Source: the human T2T-CHM13v2.0 reference genome, Homo sapiens. From it: a DNA stretch of 64,000 nt. Both the position numbers and the translations under genes were made by a program. Below are positions 54,293 to 64,000 of this stretch, one piece after another. The DNA is taken from the NCBI RefSeq assembly GCF_009914755.1, contig NC_060925.1, one strand, 5' to 3'. How positions within the stretch are numbered: position 1 is the first letter of the stretch; each line of letters opens with the position of its first letter. Under the pieces are notes generated by a model. It made no database searches, had not been told where the DNA came from, and was given only the letters and a program-made list of their open reading frames with translations.

Positions 54293-55275
54293 TCATAATT
54301 GAAAGATGATACTTTATAACAAAGCATCTCTGAGCTAAAGGATGCAGTTGGTCTGAATCCAAATCAAGTTTCATCTGCTCACATTTTAGTCTCTTAAATA
54401 TTCTATTGCCAACAGAACATTCAAGCAGACGTACAAGCCACATGGCAGGTTGATTTATTGTTCTGATTACTTTATTCTCCTGGGTCTCCTGAAAGTGTGT
54501 GCATAACGATTTGCTCTCAAAGCCCTTCGATCTGATACAATACCCCAAGACAATGCGTACCGCCATGCGGCCTGCACTGCCTGTGCTAATTAGAAGCTGA
54601 ATTAGTATCTTAAAGCAATCAGTCTTCCTAGCACTATTAACTTTCTTATGACCCAGTGCCCATTTTATTACACAGTGTAATAGGCACTAACACCTGGGGA
54701 TTTATGCCAATTATAGACAATATGGATATTTATTTTGGTCATGAAATTGATGAAGATGTTTGAAGACTACTTGGAGTTTTCCCACAGTCTGATATCCTAA
54801 AGCTCTGGTACTTAGATTGAAACATTTCCTATCTGTCAGACAGCACTGGAGTCTGGGGGATGTATTTTCCCATCCCTTCTGGAAGTTTCTCTCTGTGTTG
54901 TGCCTCTGGTATACAAACAAAAGCATTAAGCTGAGAAGAGCTGTAACTTTTTTAAAAAAAAATTCCAAGTGCCTTTTTATGGGAGAGTTGCATGTCCCCA
55001 CAGAAAACAGGAAGAGGTGAAATAATTTTTTTCACTCCAAGTTTCCGAAGTGGAGACCTGCGCAAGTATGGCCTTGGAGAGGGTTGGGACATTGCAGCCC
55101 ATGTCCCTCCATCTTCTAGTGAGCACCCCTTCTCCAGTGTCTCAGATGCCCCAGGGAAGATGTGACTGGTGCACGAAATGGGCCGTAGAAATTGTGAAAC
55201 CTTGATCCTTCTGTTAATTCTACCACCGAGTCATAGCCACAAGGTTTTCAGGGACAGACACTAAAAACAGACTGT

Positions 55276-55294
55276 GAGCGCCACCTGGTGGCCA
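55276..55294 (-). promoter_or_regulatory. Near-consensus CTCF site TGGCCACCAGGTGGCGCTC
   Basis: 17/19 match to TGGCCACCAGGGGGCGCTA, in apparently non-repeat DNA. Confidence 0.7.
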
Positions 55295-55914
55295 GGTGCA
55301 GGGCACACCGTATCTGCATTGTCGGGGTCCCCCCCGACTCCCACCCTGTCATATCTTATGATATGCCTGCAACACGATGAGATGATTAACAGGGATTCTT
55401 GCACTCCTCTTAATAACAATCACACTGGTGTTTAAGTGAGCCTAGGCAAGGCTTACAAATGCACACAAAAATACTATCAGTCTACCTTCCTGGAGACAGG
55501 CAAGAGAAGCAGAAGCTAAAACGCACCGTAGAATAATCAGAGCTAGTGTCTATGTGGGGAGCCAGGCATGGTCTATGTACTCTTACATGTACTAACTTAT
55601 GAAAATGCTTTCAACAACCCTGAAATTACGACTGTCACCACACTTACAGAATAAAAAAATGGGACAGAATTGGTGTCCTCCCTACCTTCACACAGAGACG
55701 GATTTTGCAGATGGCAGTCTGGCTCCTGAGTCCCTACCATGCTCCACGGCCTCAGGCTGTTAATGCTGGTTCCTAGAGCCACGTGGAAAGAACTGGAAGC
55801 AGGCAACTAAAGCCTGGATTTGGATCGTAACTCTACCACCGACTGATCCGTGCAATCCCAAGCAAGCAACCTCACCCCTCTGAGTCTTGATTTCCTCACT
55901 TGCAAAATGGGAGC

Positions 55915-58463
<2,549 letters not shown>

Positions 58464-58961
58464 GGAGCATTCCCAGGAGCCTTCTGTGGAGAGGCCATGA
58501 GGCTCTGTTGAAGGAGTAGTGTCTGTGAGTGGGCTTTGTAGGCTCTAGAGTGTTCTGTGAGATATAACCTATTGTTATCATTTGAGGGAATTAATTTTAT
58601 AACATGCTTCCCTCCCTTGAACTTTGCTCTGTATCCAGTCAGTACTGGGCGACCTGGAACCAACAGGTGATCTGTTTATGGCTGAGAGTCCAAAGGTCAT
58701 CAGAAGGCACATTAAGAAACCAGGTGTCCCCAGTGGCAGCCAGGCCTGGGCCCCTTTATGGGCACAAAGATAAGGTTCATGTTTTGATGACATAGGAAGT
58801 GGTGGTCCTTGAAGGAACAGGCCCTCCCCTGTCCCTTCCACTGGTTAAAACTAAAAAGCTTGGTTTCCCCAACACCCCAGCCAAAACTCAATCTGAATCT
58901 TTCTGTCAAGCTTGTGAGAAGTACCTGTGTGTCTCCCAGACGTGGGCCAGCCCCCCTCTGA

Positions 58962-59243
<282 letters not shown>

Positions 59244-59930
59244 TAGGCAGTTCCTGTCCATGAATCTGAGTTCACCCTCAGAGGTTTATGTGCCATCCAG
59301 TTCCTAGCATAGGGCCTGGTTTGGAGTGAGCCCTTGATAAATATTTGAGCAAATGTTATCTGTTAGCTAAAAGGCCTGCTGAGCATGGACCTCATCAGGG
59401 AACACACAGGACAAGCTGCAGCTCAGGCAGTCCCATGAGCCAGTTTGCTGTGAATGCAAACTAGAATGTGGCTAAAATGGGGTTGCCAGTTTAAGGCACC
59501 CAGCCTCTTACCCATCTCACACTGGTGCTCTTGGGCCGGAGCGAAAGCATTTTGCTAATTGAGAGGTAGCTGGATACTCAAGAACTTGGGTGGGCAAGGG
59601 GGCAGCCAACTCATGGCCCACCCTTGCCAGGCACAGCTGTTTCTTAGCCTGGATTCATTCATTCATTCATTCATTCAGCACATTTATGGAGCAGCTGCTA
59701 GATGCCAGGCACTGTTCTAGGCACTGGGGAGAGAGAGCCCTGAGCAGTCAAGATCCCTCTGCCCCTCTGCTCATGGGGCTCACACTTGGGAGAGGATGAC
59801 AGACAATAAGAAGTAAAAAGATAAATGAACAAGCCCATACCAGAGAGAGATCAGTGCTCCAGAGGAAATAAAGCTGGACACCGTGGTGGGGAAGCACTCA
59901 GGGGGTGAAGTGAAGGAGAATAGCTTAGTG

Positions 59931-60161
59931 CAAGCTTGTCCAGCCCACGACCTGCGGGCCACATATGGCCCAGGACAGCTTTGAATGAGGCTCGACACAA
60001 ATTCCTCAACTTTCCTAAAACATTATGAGATTTTTTTTTTTTAGCGATTTTTTTTTTTAGCTCATCAGTTATTATTAGCGTGAGTGTATTTTATGCGTGG
60101 CCCAAGACCCTTCTTCTTCTTCCAGTGTGGCTCAGGGAAGCCAAAAGATTGGACATCCCTG
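59931..60161. mobile_element. MER30-like hAT MITE inserted in L2 (about 59650-60500)
   Basis: caagcttgtcca...ttggacatccctg termini, 8-bp TSD gcttagtg. Confidence 0.8.
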
Positions 60162-60929
60162 GCTTAGTGCCTGGGCAGGGATATCTCTGAGGAGGTGGGA
60201 GGGGCTGTCGGGAGGCCCCTGGGAACGGTATGCTGGGCAGAGAGCACAGGTGCAAAGGCCCCGAGGCTGGACCAAGCCACGGTGTTGGATCAACTGCCGG
60301 CGAGTGTGGCTGGAGTCAGGGAACAAGGGGCTATGGGACCTGGTGGGGTCAGGGGGGAGGCAGGGCCACATTACATGGGAGGGGTTCAGGTTTTCTTCTA
60401 AGTGTGATGGGACACGTTAGGGTTTTTAAGGCAGAGAATGGCATGTCTCGAGACCTGCAGATGATAGGGCCATGGACAGAGAAAGGGGGAAGAGAGAAAA
60501 GCAGGTGGTGGAGAGGGAATGAGTCCAGATTGGGCATATTGCTCCTAAAGTCCCCCCTGCACAGCAGGAAACATGCCCGTGGCTGTGAAAGCAGAGCGTA
60601 GCATTGAGTCAGACACAATCGCTGTCTCCGCAGGACCCAGGCCGCCTGGCCGTGGCTTTCCCTCTGCCTCACTCTGCAGTCCCCCTCCCCACTCCAGGCT
60701 TCTACCTCTGTTCTTCCCTAACATGGAATGTTCTTGGATACTTGTGAGCCCTATGGGCAGGGCTGCTCTGGGCACCAGGCATCCCAGGGGGATCTCGCTG
60801 GGCCCTGCCCTCCTCCCCAGCGTCTGTCCATCACACCCCATCCACGCTACAAGCCTGTCTCAGACACCACTCCTCTAATCAAGGAGTCAGACAGACCTGG
60901 GCTCAGGTATGGCCTGGGATGGGCTACAC

Positions 60930-61420
60930 TCTCACGGCCCCAAGTGTGGTCCCTGGACCAGCAGCATCAGCATCACCTGGATCCTTGTGAGAAACTGGGA
61001 ATTTCAGGCCCCACTCCTGACCTTCCGATCAGAATCTTCATTTTCACAAGCCTCCCGGCTGCTGCTTGTGCACACTTAAGCTCGAGAAGCACTGGGCCGG
61101 GTTACGCTGCAGTGACAAACAGTCCCCCAAGTCTCAGTGGCTCACAATAGACAGGTTCAGCTCCTGCTTCCACCCTGAGCCCATCATGGGTCAGTAGGGG
61201 CTTTGGTCATTGTGGCCACACAGTGACCCAGGCTCACAGAAGCCATCACAACACATCACAAACCCCATCTTCCACAGGAAGAGAGGCAGATGGAGGAACA
61301 AGGTGCGGATTTCCTCACCTGCCTGAAACAACTCAAACAAACAAACAAAAACCAAACAAACAGAAAAAAATGTCTGAAATAATGGTTTCCATCTATTGGC
61401 CCCAAGAAGCATGTGACGAT
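60930..61420. mobile_element. MER5A-like element followed by MLT1 remnant
   Basis: aagtgtggtccctggaccagcagcatcagcatcacctgg. Confidence 0.65.
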
Positions 61421-62144
61421 GATCTGGGAGGGAGTGGAAACAAACAAGATGAAATCTACGATTGCCCCCGGCTGGCTTGCGCTGGAGAGAGTTTCCAGAC
61501 CACAGCAGGGAGGGGAAGCCAGACAGAGCCCAGTGGTCAGCCCGACTTGAGGAGATGGAGGTGGAGAAGCCAGCACAGCTTGAGTTTGCTGGGTGGCGTG
61601 CCAGGCGGGAGGGGGCTGCACGGAGAGCACCCCGGAGATCTCAGAGGGTCCGCCTCAAGTCTTCAGCAGAGTCAGGTGTGATGAGCACGTGCATGTGGGC
61701 AGGGAAGGAACCACCCAGGAGGAGCAGAGGGAACCATCTCGAAGCCCACGTAGGCCTGAGAGTAGCTCACTTTCCCACCATCCAGAATGGGGCAACCTTG
61801 CACTACACAGGGCACCTGGTAGAGACTCAAGCCAAATTCATTCTAGAGAAAAGGTCACTCTGGTCCCGCCTCACAAAACATGCAGGCAAGCCCCAGAGAG
61901 AGCAGTCTGTTTCTAAGGAACTTAACTGTGTCCCCGGACGAAGCTCATTTTTACAATGAAATTCTGAATCATGTTGTTCTTTATTACACATCCTTGATTG
62001 TGCAATAAAGATTGATTCTTGATTGATACCCACCAATAAAACTAGGATGAATGTTTTTCTAAGAAAAGGACCGTATGAGATAACCCAATACCACTGCATT
62101 ATGCACCCTTCTTCTCACTTTTTCTCAATGTGATAATACAATAA

Positions 62145-62632
62145 TATATTGACTATCTGCTGTCACATAAGTTATCCCAAAAAAGCAACAAATATGTTTA
62201 TCTTACCCGGTTTCTGTGGTTCAGGAACTTGGGAGTGACTTAGTCTGGCTCAGGGTCTCTCACGAGGTTGCAGGAGCTACTGCTGTCATGTCATCTAAAG
62301 CCCGACTAGGGCTCGAGGATCCCCTTCTGGAATGACTCGCTCACATGGCTGTTGGCTGGAGGCCTCAGTTCCTCACCATGTGTGTCCTTCCCTAGGGCTC
62401 CTTGAGTGTCCTCACAACATGGCGGTTGGCTTTCCCCAGACTGAGTGATCCAAGGAGAGCAAAGAAGAAACCACAACATCTTTGATGATTCACCCTGGGA
62501 AGTCACATTCACCACTTCCACAGTGCCATATGAGTTACACACGTCAGCCCTATTCAGGTGGGAGGGGGCTACACGAGGCCAGGTATTCTAACAGGCAGGG
62601 ATCATGGGGGCCATTTTGCAAGCTGGCTACCA
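62145..62632 (-). mobile_element. MLT1 LTR
   Basis: ggaggcctcagttcctcacca...gggctccttgagtgtcctcacaacatggcgg. Confidence 0.7.
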
Positions 62633-62747
62633 CATATACTTGTGGGTGGCAGGGAATAAACACTATGTGTTAGCCACTCTACTATGTTCTTTATACAACT
62701 CTGTAGATACAATGAGAGGTTAAATAACTTCTTCAGACCACTAAGCT

Positions 62748-63079
<332 letters not shown>

Positions 63080-63401
63080 TCAGATGAGTGTGAATCAACA
63101 CGTCCCTTGCTGCCACAGGCCCATGTCGTGGCCCCTCCTGGTCCCTCTCTCTGCTGAGCCTTTGTTCCCAGGCAGGGCCGATGCCCACAGCACCCCGACA
63201 GATGTTTCCTGTCTCCAGCAACACGCACTGACTGACCTCTCCTTCTCACTGGGACCTTGAACAAATGATGTGCAGTGGATATTGGTCTCAACCCCATTCA
63301 AGCTCCTGGGATCCTTGGAGACACCTCCCTTCTCAGTGCCAGGCTCGTCACAAACTGGTTGACAGCGGCAGCGATGACAGTCATCCTCACTGCCTCTTTG
63401 A

Positions 63402-63584
<183 letters not shown>

Positions 63585-64000
63585 TAGCCATCCGGTGAAA
63601 AGCAGCTAAAGTGAAGTCACGTGATATGCTTGTTTCATTCACCCTGGGCCCTTAGTTTAAATTTCATTCCTTCCTCTCACACCATTGTGCTGGGGGCGGG
63701 GTGGTGGGGGGGTGGGCGTTGGGGGCAAAACATGAAATGCCTACCTAGAAAAACTAAAACAGCTGGCCACATTCTTTGCACCTTTTCAAAGATCGGCGTG
63801 CACGTGCCCCAGAATAAGCAAGATGTAGCTTCAACTCCAGGAAACATTTTCTAATGCCCATTATAAATGAGTTTGGTTAATTCCAGCAGTAAATGCACCT
63901 CTCAGCTTGGCTATTTCCATGGCAAGGCTTAATATTAAAGCAGAATAGAATCACTGCATGCAAAAGAGGACACGGTGGGCTTCCCCTCATCCCAGTAACC

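Noticed and set aside
60097-61959. Cluster of 100-165 aa ORFs
   Set aside because: GC/purine-rich L2, MER5A and MLT1-derived sequence; no domain similarity or convincing exon structure

Overview
Primate (almost certainly human) genomic DNA lying entirely inside the + strand gene FHAD1 (forkhead-associated phosphopeptide-binding domain 1). Seven GT-AG coding exons were rebuilt by hand: 2139-2231, 22677-22883, 39769-40036, 47054-47163, 51575-51811, 58983-59106 and 63427-63557. They total 1170 nt = 390 codons in one open frame, encoding the N-terminal FHA domain, a Pro/Gln-rich linker and the start of a coiled coil. The non-coding first exon and the 3' part of the gene lie outside the window. 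The introns are dominated by repeats: many Alus, L1s, MIR/L2, MLT1, THE1, two MER66-like LTRs and several hAT/Tc-mariner DNA elements. Most entries in the ORF track are repeat-derived artefacts. The best leads are: RFX X-boxes carried by both MER66-like LTRs; a spliced ~123-codon alternative-frame ORF over three exons, plus a candidate cassette exon that would switch into it; inverted Alus bracketing a 615-nt stop-free exon block (circRNA candidate); a sense full-length THE1 with DUX4 sites upstream of a downstream exon; two tiny L1-retroposed inserts; and a CEP170-like non-canonical FHA pocket. No new biological system can be established from sequence alone. Repeat boundaries and subfamily names are from recall and approximate. 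Exons are numbered as coding exons CE1-CE7.
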